Positions 22,685 to 33,728 of a stretch of 64,000 bases of DNA are shown piece after piece. The stretch is from positions 14,712 through 78,711 of the forward strand of contig DHJT01000028.1 of NCBI GenBank assembly GCA_002404465.1. Direction: 5' to 3'. The stretch is from Sutterella sp. UBA4713. GTDB taxonomy: Bacteria > Pseudomonadota > Gammaproteobacteria > Burkholderiales > Burkholderiaceae_F. The notes under the pieces are model-generated. The model did no database searches and was not told the origin of the DNA. It saw only the letters and a list, made by a program, of their open reading frames with translations. The stretch's first letter is position 1; every line of letters begins with the position of its first letter. A program made the position numbers and the translations under genes.

Positions 22685-23869
22685 TTACCTTTGAATGACA
22701 AACGAGCGAATTCCCAAAAGGGAGCTGATACGCTCGCAAAGTGTTTGGATCGTATGCCGATTCGAATCGGATCCGATGAGAACGCGATGGAGTTTTTCGT
22801 CCGAGACGACGCGAACGCGGGCTGAAATGTCGTGTTCGGACAGCATCATTTCCGCGTGGGCGGCTGCCTCCTGCGCATTGATTTTATTTGAAAAAGCACC
22901 GATTTGTACGGACCAAGTTATAGCCGTCGGAGCGGAAGGACCGACATGTTCCGTTTTTTTCTCGCTTTCTCTTAGGATGGCATCGATTGCATCCGACGGT
23001 GTCGGTTCTGCAATTTCTGTTGCATCCTGAACGGAACCGATATCGATGATCGGGCTTTCGTTTGTTTTGGGGACATCGGAGATTTTGGAAGAGTTAATCG
23101 GTAATTTGCTTTCAGCTGACGGAATCGGACTTAAAAACGGTGCATCTGGAACGCAGGGCGTTGCTGTTGCGATGGAAGAAGGAGTGTCATCGTGCTGTTT
23201 AATTGCTCCAGTTACGGATTCTTCACGCGATGCCGTTTGTTCGATTTGAGTTTGTTTTTCGATCGGTTCGGTAATGGGTAAGGATGCATTCTGCGGTGTT
23301 GTGCTGTAGTTTCCCTTAGCAATGTCGCGTCGCGTAATGCGCTCGACTTTTACACGCGCAGTTCCTGCTTTGTGGTAACCGAGTTTCACGGCGGCGGCAT
23401 AACTCATGTCGATGATGCGACCTCCGAGGAACGGTCCGCGGTCATTAACGCGAACAATGACGCTTTTTCCGTTACTCAAGTTGGTCACACGGGCGTAACT
23501 CGGAAGTTCCATGGTCGGATGTGCTGCCGTCATAGCGAACATGTCATAGCGTTCACCGATAGCGGTTTTGCGCCCGTGAAACTGTTTTCCGTACCAGCTG
23601 GCAACCCCCGTTTGTGAAAAAGAACGGTCTCCGGACATCGGGTAGTAACGTTTTCCCATGACTGTGTAAGGACGCGTAGCGGCTTTGTAGGGTTCCTCGA
23701 CTTTCAGTGTCGTGTGTTCCTTCGTTGCAAAGGAGTGCAATGCTTCCGGCGGGCCATCGTTATCGTAGAACTTTCCTGCTTTGGATAGGATGGAAGAGCT
23801 TGAACACCCAACGAATACAAAAGCCAATCCTAGGTAAGAAAAGAAAAGAATCGGGCGAACAAAGAACAT
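22685..23869 (-). CDS. rlpA: septal ring lytic transglycosylase RlpA (DPBB + SPOR lipoprotein)
   Basis: Lipobox FVGC, GVASWYGKQFHG, MTAAHPT, VRVNDRGPF, RIIDMSYAAA, C-terminal SPOR (VQIGAFS). Confidence 0.93.
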   Translation of the reverse strand: MFFVRPILFFSYLGLAFVFVGCSSSSILSKAGKFYDNDGPPEALHSFATKEHTTLKVEEPYKAATRPYTVMGKRYYPMSGDRSFSQTGVASWYGKQFHGRKTAIGERYDMFAMTAAHPTMELPSYARVTNLSNGKSVIVRVNDRGPFLGGRIIDMSYAAAVKLGYHKAGTARVKVERITRRDIAKGNYSTTPQNASLPITEPIEKQTQIEQTASREESVTGAIKQHDDTPSSIATATPCVPDAPFLSPIPSAESKLPINSSKISDVPKTNESPIIDIGSVQDATEIAEPTPSDAIDAILRESEKKTEHVGPSAPTAITWSVQIGAFSNKINAQEAAAHAEMMLSEHDISARVRVVSDEKLHRVLIGSDSNRHTIQTLCERISSLLGIRSFVIQR

Positions 23870-24047
23870 GATGAGTTTTTTAGCATGAAAAGGATTTTGC
23901 AGTTTGACAGAAAGGATAGCGCCAATACCGGGAAAAGAGGGCAAATAGACTATGATTGCACTCTTACAATACAGTCGAGTCTGGATAAAAAATCAAGGCT
24001 CGCGAGAGTTTTATTTGTTCATGTTTTCGATTTAGGCAGAGATTGTT

Positions 24048-24335
24048 ATGGCCCTGACTTTAGAAGATGTTCACCGCATAGCTGAATTGGCGCATATTGA
24101 TATCGATCAGGCGCAGGCTGTTCGCATGCAAGGGGAACTCAACGATATTTTTAAGATGATTGAAAGTATTCAGGCGGTTGACACGACGCATGTTGAGCCG
24201 ATGATGCATCCGCACGATGATGTACAGCGGTTGCGCGACGATTGTGTGGTTTTCGGAAACGAGCGAGAAGAAAATATGAAAAACGCTCCCGAAGCCTATA
24301 AGGGACTTTTTTTGGTTCCTCAGGTAATCGAATAG
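24048..24335 (+). CDS. gatC: Asp/Glu-tRNA amidotransferase subunit C
   Basis: [17 protein letters not shown]...VDTTHVEPM...NAPE...FLVPQVIE. Confidence 0.96.
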   Translation: MALTLEDVHRIAELAHIDIDQAQAVRMQGELNDIFKMIESIQAVDTTHVEPMMHPHDDVQRLRDDCVVFGNEREENMKNAPEAYKGLFLVPQVIE

Positions 24336-24345
24336 GGGAGCGGCA

Positions 24346-25800
24346 ATGTCAAATACATTCCATACGGTTGTCGAGCTTTCTAAGGCTTTAGCGACCAAAC
24401 AAGTCAGTGCGGTTGAGCTTGCTGAGCAGTATCTTCGACGCATCGATGAGGCACGCGACCTAAATTGTTTTCTTGACGTGCGTCCGGAGGTAACTTTGGC
24501 ACAGGCACGTGCCGCCGATAAGCGTATTGCGCAGGGAACGGCCGGTCGACTAACCGGTATTCCGATTGCGCATAAGGATATTTTCGTCACGAAAGAATGG
24601 GCATCGACTGCCGGTAGCCGCATGCTCAAAGGGTACATGAGTCCTTTTGATGCGGCAGTTGTGCGAAAACTCAAACAGGCGGGCATGGTAACACTGGGCA
24701 AACTTAACTGTGACGAATTTGCCATGGGCTCTGCCAACGAGAATTCTGCCTACGGTAAGGTTTTTAATCCTTGGGATTCAAATGCTGTCCCCGGTGGTAG
24801 TTCCGGGGGATCGGCCAGTTGTGTCGCGGCCGGGCTTGCCCCGATTGCAACGGCAACCGATACGGGCGGATCGATTCGTGAACCAGCGAGTTTTTGCGGC
24901 GTTACGGGGGTCAAGCCAACGTACGGCCGTCCGAGTCGTTTGGGCATGATTGCATTCGCATCAAGTTTGGATACGGCAGGCCTTATGGCGCATACGGTCG
25001 AAGACATTGCCTGGGTTTTAGGCGATATGGTTGGTTTTGAGCCGTGGGATTCAACGAGTGAAGACAGTCCGACCGAAGACTTTGCCCGCGATTTAGATAA
25101 GGGGGTTAAGGGCCTGAAAATCGGCGTTCCTCGTGCGTGGTTTACCGAAAGCCTGGATCCGGAGGTCTCTGAGGCGATTTCCAAAGTCATTGATGAATAT
25201 CGCGCTCAAGGGGCTGAGATTGTTGATGTTTCGCTTCCCAATGCAGGGCTCGGTGTTGCTGTTTACTACGTTGTGGCTTGTGCAGAGGCCAGTTCCAATC
25301 TATCGCGTTTTGACGGCGTACGCTATGGGTATCGTGCCAAGGAGTACGGCGACATTCAGGATATGATTAAACGCAGTCGCAACGAGGGCTTCGGAGCTGA
25401 ACCGAAGCGTCGCATTCTGATCGGGACATATGTTCTCTCTCACGGATACTATGACGCTTACTACATCAAGGCGCAAAAAGTCCGTCGCTTAATTGTCAAC
25501 GAATTTACCGAGGCGTTCAAGCACGTCGACGCTATCTTAAGTCCCGTGACGACATCGACTGCATTTGATTTCGGAGCAAAGAGCGATCCGGTTGTTGCCT
25601 ATATGGGCGATTTGTATACGGTTCCGGCCTCCCTGGCCGGTCTCCCTTGCATGAGCATGCCGTGCGGAATTCATTCAAACGGTCGCCCGATCGGGGTGCA
25701 GTTGGCTTGCCAGCGCTTTGGTGAGGCCAAAATGTTGCAAATTGCGAATGCATATCAAAAAGCGACGGATTGGCATATGCGTCATCCGGGGAAGAACTAG
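24346..25800 (+). CDS. gatA: Asp/Glu-tRNA amidotransferase subunit A
   Basis: Amidase signature [42 protein letters not shown]. Confidence 0.98.
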   Translation: MSNTFHTVVELSKALATKQVSAVELAEQYLRRIDEARDLNCFLDVRPEVTLAQARAADKRIAQGTAGRLTGIPIAHKDIFVTKEWASTAGSRMLKGYMSPFDAAVVRKLKQAGMVTLGKLNCDEFAMGSANENSAYGKVFNPWDSNAVPGGSSGGSASCVAAGLAPIATATDTGGSIREPASFCGVTGVKPTYGRPSRLGMIAFASSLDTAGLMAHTVEDIAWVLGDMVGFEPWDSTSEDSPTEDFARDLDKGVKGLKIGVPRAWFTESLDPEVSEAISKVIDEYRAQGAEIVDVSLPNAGLGVAVYYVVACAEASSNLSRFDGVRYGYRAKEYGDIQDMIKRSRNEGFGAEPKRRILIGTYVLSHGYYDAYYIKAQKVRRLIVNEFTEAFKHVDAILSPVTTSTAFDFGAKSDPVVAYMGDLYTVPASLAGLPCMSMPCGIHSNGRPIGVQLACQRFGEAKMLQIANAYQKATDWHMRHPGKN

Positions 25801-25818
25801 GATTGAACGGAGAAGAAA

Positions 25819-27270
25819 ATGCAGTGGGAAGTAGTCATCGGATTGGAGACACACGTTCAGCTCTCGACGAAGTCCAAAGTTTTTTCCGGAGCATCAACCG
25901 CTTTCGGTTCGGAAGCTAATACGCAGGCTTGCTATATCGATTTGGCTTTGCCCGGAGCTCTTCCGGTGTTAAATCGTGGAGCTGTGGAACGCTCGATGAA
26001 GTTCGGGCTGGCTATCGGGGCGCAGGTTGCAGAACGTTCTATCTTCGATCGGAAGAATTATTTTTATCCTGATTTGCCAAAGGGCTATCAGATCAGTCAG
26101 TTTGAACATCCGATTGTTATCGGTGGGCAACTGACTTTTACGGTTGAACCGAAAGATGGTGCACCGTATGTCAAGACGATTCATCTGACTCGGGCTCATT
26201 TGGAGGAGGATGCCGGCAAGAGCAATCACGGAATCCTTCGCGGAAAGTCCGGAATGGATTTGAATCGAGCAGGGACGCCGTTGTTGGAAATCGTTACGGA
26301 GCCGGAGTTGCGTAGTTCGGCAGAGGCAGTCGGGTATGCCAAAGCATTGCATGCTCTTGTTGTTTGGCTCGGAATTTCGCACGGCAACATGCAGGAGGGA
26401 AATTTCCGATGTGATGCCAATGTCTCGGTCCGACCTAAGGGAGAAACAAAGTTCGGAACTCGATGTGAAATAAAAAATATAAACTCGTTTAAATTCCTGC
26501 AAGATGCCATTGATTATGAGGTGGCACGTCAGATTGATATCCTTGAAAACGGCGGTGTTATTGTTCAAGCAACGCGTCTGTATGATCCGGAAAAAAATGA
26601 AACGCGTGAAATGCGCAGTAAGGAAGATTCGATGGATTATCGATATTTCCCGGATCCGGATTTGCTACCCTTGTACATTAGTCCTGAGTGGAAAGCGAAA
26701 GTTTTAAGCGAGTTACCTGAGTTACCGGATCAGATGCGGAGTCGTTTTATGAACGAGTTCGGTCTGAGCGAATACGATGCAGCGGTTTTAACATCGAGTC
26801 GGGCGATTGCAGATTACTTTTGTGAAGCAAGCCGAACCGTCAAGGATAAGAAGCTGGTTGCTAACTGGGTCATGGGCGAGGTGGCTGCTGCCGTACACGA
26901 TGCCGAAAATATGGACTATTCTGACTGTCCGGTTAAGGCGCAGACACTTGCACAGATTTTGGAGCGACTTTCTGACGGTACTGTCAATGCCAAGGGGGCG
27001 AAAAAACTCTTTGGCTTGATTTGGGATGGTGCCTCGGAAGATGTCGATGCGCTGATTGAAAAGCAAGGACTCAAGCAGATTTCCGATGCCGGTGCAATTG
27101 AGCCGATTATTGATGAAATTTTGGCGAAAAACGCACAGATGGTCGAGCAGTTTCGTAATGGAAAGCAAAAAGCTTTTAATGCACTTGTCGGACAGGCTAT
27201 GAAGGCAACGCGAGGCAAAGCCAATCCGCAACAAGTCAATGAGATTTTGCGCAGAAAGTTAGCGCTTTAA
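25819..27270 (+). CDS. gatB: Asp/Glu-tRNA amidotransferase subunit B
   Basis: [46 protein letters not shown]. Confidence 0.99.
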   Translation: MQWEVVIGLETHVQLSTKSKVFSGASTAFGSEANTQACYIDLALPGALPVLNRGAVERSMKFGLAIGAQVAERSIFDRKNYFYPDLPKGYQISQFEHPIVIGGQLTFTVEPKDGAPYVKTIHLTRAHLEEDAGKSNHGILRGKSGMDLNRAGTPLLEIVTEPELRSSAEAVGYAKALHALVVWLGISHGNMQEGNFRCDANVSVRPKGETKFGTRCEIKNINSFKFLQDAIDYEVARQIDILENGGVIVQATRLYDPEKNETREMRSKEDSMDYRYFPDPDLLPLYISPEWKAKVLSELPELPDQMRSRFMNEFGLSEYDAAVLTSSRAIADYFCEASRTVKDKKLVANWVMGEVAAAVHDAENMDYSDCPVKAQTLAQILERLSDGTVNAKGAKKLFGLIWDGASEDVDALIEKQGLKQISDAGAIEPIIDEILAKNAQMVEQFRNGKQKAFNALVGQAMKATRGKANPQQVNEILRRKLAL

Positions 27271-27279
27271 ATGGCATGC

Positions 27280-27308
27280 AACGCCCGCCAGTATCGGCGG
27301 GCGTTTGT
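27280..27308 (+). terminator. hairpin / terminator after gatB
   Basis: AACGCCCGCC (27280-27289) pairs with GGCGGGCGTT (27296-27305); short U tail. Confidence 0.6.
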
Positions 27309-27348
27309 GATACTGAAAACGGGAAAAGCTTCCCGAAAGGACTGTTCC

Positions 27349-28128
27349 ATGCTACGCGTCATGACATTTAACGCGAACGGAATTCGTTCTGCAGGAAAAA
27401 AGGGCTTTTGGTCTTGGTTTCAAAAGCAGGAGGCCGACATTTTGTGCGTTCAGGAATTGAAAGCACAAAAAAAAGATATTCCCGAGGAATATCAAAATCT
27501 ACCAGGCTATAAAGCCTGGTTTCATTGTGCACAAAAACCCGGATATTCCGGGTGCGGTTTGTGGTCTCGTGTTGTGCCCGAACACATTCAAGTCGGCTTC
27601 GGAGTTCCTGAATTTGATGCCGAAGGGAGGTATGTACGAGCGGATTTTGAACGAGTTAGCATCATTTGTGCCTACTTTCCCTCCGGAACAAGTGGACCGG
27701 ATCGCCAAGGGGCTAAGTATCGTTTTCTTAATGCCTTCGAACATCATATGGACGAGCTCGCTAGGCAAGGTCGACAGATACTTGTCTGCGCAGACGTCAA
27801 CATTGCTCATCAGGAAATTGATTTGGCTAACTGGAAAGCGAACCAAAATCATTCGGGTTTTTTGCCGCAGGAACGTGCTTGGCTGACAACGTGTTTTGGG
27901 AAACGCGGCTGGACGGATGTGTTTCGTTCTCTTGACTCGCGTTCTGGGCAATACACGTGGTGGAGTCAGAGAGGACGAGCTCGGGAAAAGAACGTCGGAT
28001 GGCGAATCGATTATGAAATTGCAACGCCGTTGTTAGCTCAAAGTGCGCGTTCGGCGCAAATCTATCGAGAAGAAAAATTTTCTGATCATGCACCGCTTAT
28101 GATTGATTACGAAGGTAGGTGGCTCTGA
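27349..28128 (+). CDS. xth: exodeoxyribonuclease III
   Basis: TFNANGIRS, CVQELKA, DVNIAH, YTWWSQRG, GWRIDY, FSDHAPL. Confidence 0.96.
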   Translation: MLRVMTFNANGIRSAGKKGFWSWFQKQEADILCVQELKAQKKDIPEEYQNLPGYKAWFHCAQKPGYSGCGLWSRVVPEHIQVGFGVPEFDAEGRYVRADFERVSIICAYFPSGTSGPDRQGAKYRFLNAFEHHMDELARQGRQILVCADVNIAHQEIDLANWKANQNHSGFLPQERAWLTTCFGKRGWTDVFRSLDSRSGQYTWWSQRGRAREKNVGWRIDYEIATPLLAQSARSAQIYREEKFSDHAPLMIDYEGRWL

Positions 28129-28817
28129 TGCGTGCCGAGCAAATGCTCTTTACGCAGGGTTTCGGAACGCGACACGAGTGCCGCGGTTTGATTGATCAGG
28201 GCCGTGTTGCCTTGCAAGACAAGATCCTCCGGTCATCACAAGACGAGGTTGATCCGCTGGGGAAGTGGTTTACCGTCGATAATAATCGTTGGCCTTATGT
28301 GCAAAAGGCTGTCATTGTTCTGAACAAGCCGCTGGGCTATGAATGTTCAATGCGGCCGACCGAACACCCGAGCGTTTTAGGGCTGCTTCCGGCCCCCCTG
28401 CGGTATCGAGGTGTTCAACCGGTCGGACGCTTAGATGCCGATACGACGGGACTTTTACTTTTGACAGATGACGGGGCGTTAAATCATCGTCTGACGCATC
28501 CGAAACATCACATTGAAAAAACGTACCGTGTTACATTAAAGCATGCAGTGCAGGGAGACTTCGCTCAGCGCCTGCTCGAGGGTGTTCTTCTCAAAGATGA
28601 AAAAGCTTCGATTCGGGCAGAACAATGTACGATCCTTTCTGACAATCAAATTGAAGTAACCGTTACAAGCGGGAAATATCATCAGGTCAAACGCATGATT
28701 GCGGCGGCCGGCAATCGCGTGATCGCGCTACACCGGGAAAGTATGGGAGGACTGGCATTGCCGACAGGGTTGGAGCCTGGGGCCTGGACTTGGGTGTTTC
28801 ATTTTCCTTGGAATTGA
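28128..28817 (+). CDS. rsuA: 16S rRNA pseudouridine(516) synthase, RsuA family
   Basis: S4-like N-terminus, LNKPLGYECS, VGRLDADTTGLLLLTDDG, GKYHQVKRM. Alternative GTG start at 28119. Confidence 0.88.
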   Translation: MRAEQMLFTQGFGTRHECRGLIDQGRVALQDKILRSSQDEVDPLGKWFTVDNNRWPYVQKAVIVLNKPLGYECSMRPTEHPSVLGLLPAPLRYRGVQPVGRLDADTTGLLLLTDDGALNHRLTHPKHHIEKTYRVTLKHAVQGDFAQRLLEGVLLKDEKASIRAEQCTILSDNQIEVTVTSGKYHQVKRMIAAAGNRVIALHRESMGGLALPTGLEPGAWTWVFHFPWN

Positions 28818-28824
28818 GCAGGAC

Positions 28825-30171
28825 ATGGTCAAAGAAAAAGCACAGGAAAGCGCATTTTCGGTGTACAAAAAGCCGATGACGTTGCGCATGCTTTTTCTCG
28901 GGTTTTCGTCCGGCCTGCCGCTTTTGCTTGTCCTTGGGACATTGGGATTTTGGTTGCGCGAATCAGGCGTCGACTTGAAAACAATCGGTTTTATGAGTTG
29001 GGTCGGTCTGTGTTGGGGAATGAAGTGGTTGTGGGCGCCTCTGGTAGACCGATTGCGACTTCCGTATTTGACTCGAACACTCGGAAGACGCCGAGCTTGG
29101 CTTGTTTTAACTCAGGTGTGCCTGATGCTCTCCATAGGGGCGTTGGCTTTTACAAATCCCTCTTGCGAACTTGCACTGACGGGGTTTCTTGCGGCTGTGA
29201 CAGCTTTTTTGGGGGCGACGCAGGATATTGCCATTGATGCATATCGTATTGAGAACGGGAGCGAGGAGCAACAAGCGGCTTTTGCTGCTGCCTATCAAAC
29301 GGGGTACCGAATTGCGATGATTTGGGCAGGCGCCGGGACTCTGGCTATTGCAGGAACTTTTGACAATCGAGTCGGGGGAGGGTGGTGCATTGCATATCTT
29401 ACGATGTCGGCAAGTATGCTTGTCGGCCTTGTCACAACGCTACTGAGCCCGAAGGAACCAATGCTCGGAACCTTCGCGCCGACAAGGTCTTTTTCTCAGT
29501 GGTTTTACGAAGCTGCTTACTTGCCGTTTAAAGATTTTTTCTCGCGTTTCGGGTGGTGGGCATTTGTTGTACTGGCATTAATTGCGACGTATCGCATCAG
29601 TGATGTCGTCATGGGAGTGATGGCCAATCCCTTTTATCAGGACTTGGGTTTTACAAAACAAGAAGTGGCTGCCGTGAGCAAAGTCTTCGGCGTTGTGATG
29701 ACGCTTGTCGGCGCCTTTGTCGGCGGTGTTGTCGCTATGAAGGTCGGAGTGATGAAAACACTGGTTGCCGGGGCCGTTTTATCTGCGGCAACCAATGTGC
29801 TTTTTTCCGTACTCGCAGGAATCGGGCATAACCTTTCGTTTCTTGTGCTTACTGTCAGCGCGGATAATCTGGCAGGGGGGCTTGCAAGTGCGGCCTTTGT
29901 CGCTTACCTGTCAGGATTGACAAACACGGCATATTCAGCAACGCAGTATGCCCTCTTTTCTTCTGTGATGTTGTTTTTTCCCAAGTTCCTAGCCGGCTTT
30001 TCAGGGATTGCTGTTGAAAGGATCGGCTACGACGGATTTTTCCTTGCAACGGCAGCGCTTGGTGTACCGGTGGTTTTTTTAGTTGCATTGGCGGGAAGGG
30101 CCCGAAAACACCTTGTTGCCGGTGGAAATAATTCGGGGAATGCTAAAAAACTCAGCGACCAAGACGTGTGA
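28825..30171 (+). CDS. ampG: AmpG family muropeptide MFS permease
   Basis: LGFSSGLPLLL, KWLWAPLVDR, GRRRAW, ATQDIAIDAYRIE, SATQYALFSS. Confidence 0.93.
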   Translation: MVKEKAQESAFSVYKKPMTLRMLFLGFSSGLPLLLVLGTLGFWLRESGVDLKTIGFMSWVGLCWGMKWLWAPLVDRLRLPYLTRTLGRRRAWLVLTQVCLMLSIGALAFTNPSCELALTGFLAAVTAFLGATQDIAIDAYRIENGSEEQQAAFAAAYQTGYRIAMIWAGAGTLAIAGTFDNRVGGGWCIAYLTMSASMLVGLVTTLLSPKEPMLGTFAPTRSFSQWFYEAAYLPFKDFFSRFGWWAFVVLALIATYRISDVVMGVMANPFYQDLGFTKQEVAAVSKVFGVVMTLVGAFVGGVVAMKVGVMKTLVAGAVLSAATNVLFSVLAGIGHNLSFLVLTVSADNLAGGLASAAFVAYLSGLTNTAYSATQYALFSSVMLFFPKFLAGFSGIAVERIGYDGFFLATAALGVPVVFLVALAGRARKHLVAGGNNSGNAKKLSDQDV

Positions 30172-30730
30172 CTTCAGCAATTTCTCCGACGCAGGCTTGA
30201 ATGTCGGCAAGGGCCTCATCGAGATTGGCAAACGGAATTTCCGTGTCAATGGATGCAAGAAGGGAGTGTCCGGTCTCATCTTCCTTTTCGATATCGGCAT
30301 AGCGCAAAATTCCGACTAAAGCCGCCTGAACAGCTCGGGTTTTGTTTTCGAGCAATTCAGGCCAAAGACAGCAGGCCAAAAGGAACCCGTTGCAAAACGG
30401 ACGAATGTCAGCGAAAAGATCGTTGCTCTCTTCTTCGGTAAAGAGGATCGGATCGATCGGTTTTTCCTCGAGGATGGCTTCTTGCAGTTGCGCTCCGCGA
30501 CGAAGAACAAGGCGTCGTAAGGCATCCGGCAGGTGTGTGTGACTTGTCCCGTTGATGTCTGCAACAAATGCAATCCAAGTGCCGGTCTGAGGCGGCTTTT
30601 TCATCAGGGCAATGGCCGTCAGAAAACCGTCGAGCATATCGGGTTCCATTGGCAGAGCTGGTTCTGGAATGCTCGCCAAAAGTTCACCAAGCGTTTCGAT
30701 TTCATCTAAAGAGAGCGAAATTTTTTTCAT
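30152..30730 (-). CDS. UPF0149/YecA family protein
   Basis: LSLDEIETLGELL...MLDGFLTAIAL...FCNGF; ATG at 30730 overlaps the ptsI stop. Confidence 0.8.
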   Translation of the reverse strand: MKKISLSLDEIETLGELLASIPEPALPMEPDMLDGFLTAIALMKKPPQTGTWIAFVADINGTSHTHLPDALRRLVLRRGAQLQEAILEEKPIDPILFTEEESNDLFADIRPFCNGFLLACCLWPELLENKTRAVQAALVGILRYADIEKEDETGHSLLASIDTEIPFANLDEALADIQACVGEIAEVTRLGR

Positions 30731-32715
30731 TGGGGCGTGCTCGGATGTATGGTTTCGATAGCGGATTGAATTTGATCGGGATCCTTCATGCGAGCAATCT
30801 TGGCAATGGCATCTTCGCAGTCCGCACAATTGGTGTGGATGATTCGCTCTTTTAAGGCGAGAATCCGACCGCTTTCCATTGAGAAATTTCTCAGTCCGAG
30901 ACCAAGCAGGATCTCAAGCATTTCAGGCTCTCCGGCAATTTCGCCGCAAATGCTCACAGGAACATTCGCTGCTTTGGCTTCTTGTGTGACATGTTGAATC
31001 AAATAGAGTACGGCCGGATGTCTGGCCGCGCTCAAGTGATTGACAGACGGATCATGACGACTTCGGGCAAGCGTGTGTTGAATCAGGTCATTTGTGCCCA
31101 AACTGATAAAGTCCAGTTTCGGCAAAAAGGCTTGAATCCAAATTGCGGCGGCCGGCACTTCAATCATGGCACCTAACGGTATGTTTTCCTTGAACTTGAT
31201 ACCGGCATTTTTCAAATCGGCTTTGGCCTTTTCCAAACGATTGTGAGCAAAATCGAGTTCCGAAGGGTGCACAATCATCGGGAGGAGAATTCGGGCATCT
31301 GACCCAACAGCGGCACGCAACATGGCGCGTAGTTGGGTATCGAAGAGCTCCGGATGCGTTTGGAAGAATCCCAGGCCGCGTTTTCCGAGCGAAAGCGCGT
31401 GTTCCTCAGCGACACTGAGGTTGAAATCTTCGCTTGCCGTGGCCTCGAGCATCTTGTCATCGCCCAAATCCATCGTGCGTAGCGTAACAGGTTTGTTCTT
31501 CATGGGACGAATGACGCGTCTGTATGCTTCGACTTGCTCTTCTTCCGTCGGGAGTGTTTTGCGATTCATAAAGAGAAATTCGCTACGGAATAGTCCGATG
31601 CCTTCAGCTCCGGCATAGACTGCATCGTTGGCATCTTCGGGAAGAGCGACGTTCGAGAACAAATGAACGGCGACACCGTCAAGCGTCTTGGATTCGGTTA
31701 GTCGCAATTTTTTCAGACGAGAACGCGTTTTTTTCTCGTCGCGTAATCGTGCTCCTACCTTTTCAACCGCTTCTTTATCCGGAAATAGTGTCACGAGCCC
31801 GTTTGTGGCATCAAGCAAAACGGGATTATCTGTTTCGACTTGTTGCATGGCGCCCGTAGCGCCGACGATAACCGGAATTTCAAGAGACCGTGCCAAAATG
31901 GCCGTGTGCGACGTGGCCGAGTCGGCCTCTAAAACCAATCCGGAGAATTCTTCGTCGTAGCGGCGCTTAAGAACTACGATATCGGCTGGACTCAGCTTTT
32001 CAGCAAACAGAACGATGCTGTCGGCGCCGATGGAAAGTTCAACGTCATCGCTCAATTGTCTGCGTCCAGTCAGGACGCGTTGAATTCGATCGAAGACGTC
32101 GCTGATATCGTCAATACGCTCGGCTAAATACTCGTCATCAATTTCACTGAATGTTTTACGAAGCTCTTCGAGCTTTAATTCCAGAGCCCATTCTGCATTG
32201 ACAAGTCTTTCGCCGATGATATCTTGAGTGCTTGTAATCAGCGATTCGTCACACAGAATTTGTAGGTGCATTTCCAAAAACGCTGTGGCTTCGGCCGGGG
32301 CGCTTTCTACGGGGTTCTCTACGAGATTTTCCAACTCTTGCGTTACGGCAGAAAAGGCGCCGCGAAGGCGTAGAGATTCGGAACGCACCTTCGGCTTATC
32401 GATGGCAAAATGGGGAATGCTTAAGCTCCCAGAAGAGCATTTTTGTGCTTTTCCGAGTGCAACGCCCGGGAAGACGCGTAACCCCTTAATGGTTGTCGCT
32501 ACAGGTTTAACCTCAGGCGTCGATTCGGATCGAGTCGGCGCTTTGTTCGCGGGTTTTTCCTCAGCTGCCTGTTGTGTGACCTGAGGCTTTGCCGTGTTGG
32601 TCGTATCGGGATTTTCGCTTGGAGCGACATTTGTCGGAGTAGCGGGAACCGTATTTTCGTCTTTCCCCTGGACTTCTTTTGGGTTTGGAGTCTGCTTGGA
32701 GTTGTCATCTGCCAT
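30727..32715 (-). CDS. ptsI: phosphoenolpyruvate-protein phosphotransferase (PTS enzyme I)
   Basis: TSHTAILARS (phospho-His), GIGLFRSEFLF, MIEVPAAA, SLGTNDLIQ, SICGE. Confidence 0.96.
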   Translation of the reverse strand: MADDNSKQTPNPKEVQGKDENTVPATPTNVAPSENPDTTNTAKPQVTQQAAEEKPANKAPTRSESTPEVKPVATTIKGLRVFPGVALGKAQKCSSGSLSIPHFAIDKPKVRSESLRLRGAFSAVTQELENLVENPVESAPAEATAFLEMHLQILCDESLITSTQDIIGERLVNAEWALELKLEELRKTFSEIDDEYLAERIDDISDVFDRIQRVLTGRRQLSDDVELSIGADSIVLFAEKLSPADIVVLKRRYDEEFSGLVLEADSATSHTAILARSLEIPVIVGATGAMQQVETDNPVLLDATNGLVTLFPDKEAVEKVGARLRDEKKTRSRLKKLRLTESKTLDGVAVHLFSNVALPEDANDAVYAGAEGIGLFRSEFLFMNRKTLPTEEEQVEAYRRVIRPMKNKPVTLRTMDLGDDKMLEATASEDFNLSVAEEHALSLGKRGLGFFQTHPELFDTQLRAMLRAAVGSDARILLPMIVHPSELDFAHNRLEKAKADLKNAGIKFKENIPLGAMIEVPAAAIWIQAFLPKLDFISLGTNDLIQHTLARSRHDPSVNHLSAARHPAVLYLIQHVTQEAKAANVPVSICGEIAGEPEMLEILLGLGLRNFSMESGRILALKERIIHTNCADCEDAIAKIARMKDPDQIQSAIETIHPSTPQ

Positions 32716-32718
32716 AAA

Positions 32719-32988
32719 CTAGTCCTCCTCTCCGAAACGTGAATCAAAAAGTGCCGTTATGGCATCGCAGGCGGCGATTTCATTGATTCCTTCGAACTCG
32801 AGCCGAAGTACGTCATTGTGCTTGGCGCCGAGCGTCATGACGGCAAGAATAGATTTGGCATCAGCACATTTGGTGCCTTTTTTGATGCGAATGGCACACT
32901 CAAAAAGGTTGGCTGTTTTTGTCAGGAGTGCGGCAGGGCGAGCATGGATGCCGAGTTGATTCTGTACGGTAACGGTTTTAACAAGCAT
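32719..32988 (-). CDS. ptsH: HPr phosphocarrier protein
   Basis: LGIHARPAA (His15), DAKSIL (Ser46). Confidence 0.95.
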   Translation of the reverse strand: MLVKTVTVQNQLGIHARPAALLTKTANLFECAIRIKKGTKCADAKSILAVMTLGAKHNDVLRLEFEGINEIAACDAITALFDSRFGEED

Positions 32989-33130
32989 CTTTAAAAAATA
33001 CGGTAAGGCGTTCTCGGTTAAGCATACCGTAATACTAGTGCTTTCGACTTATTTCGCAAACACACTCTTAAAAAGTGCTAAGTCGGCGGAGCAAAGTCGA
33101 CAAGAAGAAAATAAGTTCGAGACGAGATGC

Positions 33131-33535
33131 TCAGACGGATTTACGCAGGGTGATGCCGAAGGCGCCGGCTTCTTTTACCAGTGCACACAACTGGTCAAAT
33201 GCCTTGTGTCTATGGCAGACGGCGGTTAAAACCATGGGGAGGTTGACTCCCGTAATCAGAACTGTGTCGGCATGACGCAGGAGCTTTTCTGCGATATTTG
33301 CCGGGGAAGCTCCGATGACATCGGTCAGGATCAACGTGGAGTTTCTTTCCGGAAGATTGGATGCCAGTTTGGCGCTAATCGAATCGGCAACGGCCGCCGG
33401 GTCTGCGTCGGCGGAGACATCCACCGCAATGAGACAATCAAGGCTATGCGGGTCGTAACCGTATACATGAGCAGCGCAATCTTTGAGTGCGGAGGCAAGA
33501 GGCGCATGCGCAATAATCAGGATAGAAGTAGCCAC
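33131..33535 (-). CDS. PTS EIIA component, mannose/fructose family
   Basis: ILIIAHAPLASAL, LTDVIGASPAN, GVNLPM; GTG start. Confidence 0.9.
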   Translation of the reverse strand: MATSILIIAHAPLASALKDCAAHVYGYDPHSLDCLIAVDVSADADPAAVADSISAKLASNLPERNSTLILTDVIGASPANIAEKLLRHADTVLITGVNLPMVLTAVCHRHKAFDQLCALVKEAGAFGITLRKSV

Positions 33536-33728
33536 AAAGAGACCTTAGGAAATGCAGAGACTCCGATTGTATCGGCGCCATCAGAAGGGCAAAAAAGCTA
33601 AAGATAGATTAAAATGCAACAACAGAGGCAAACATGCGATAACCTGCTGTCTTTTGTCGACATCTTGGCTTATTTGCAATGCTTGCACAAAACAAACATT
33701 TTCAAACTGACGTTGTAAGGTTGCCACA

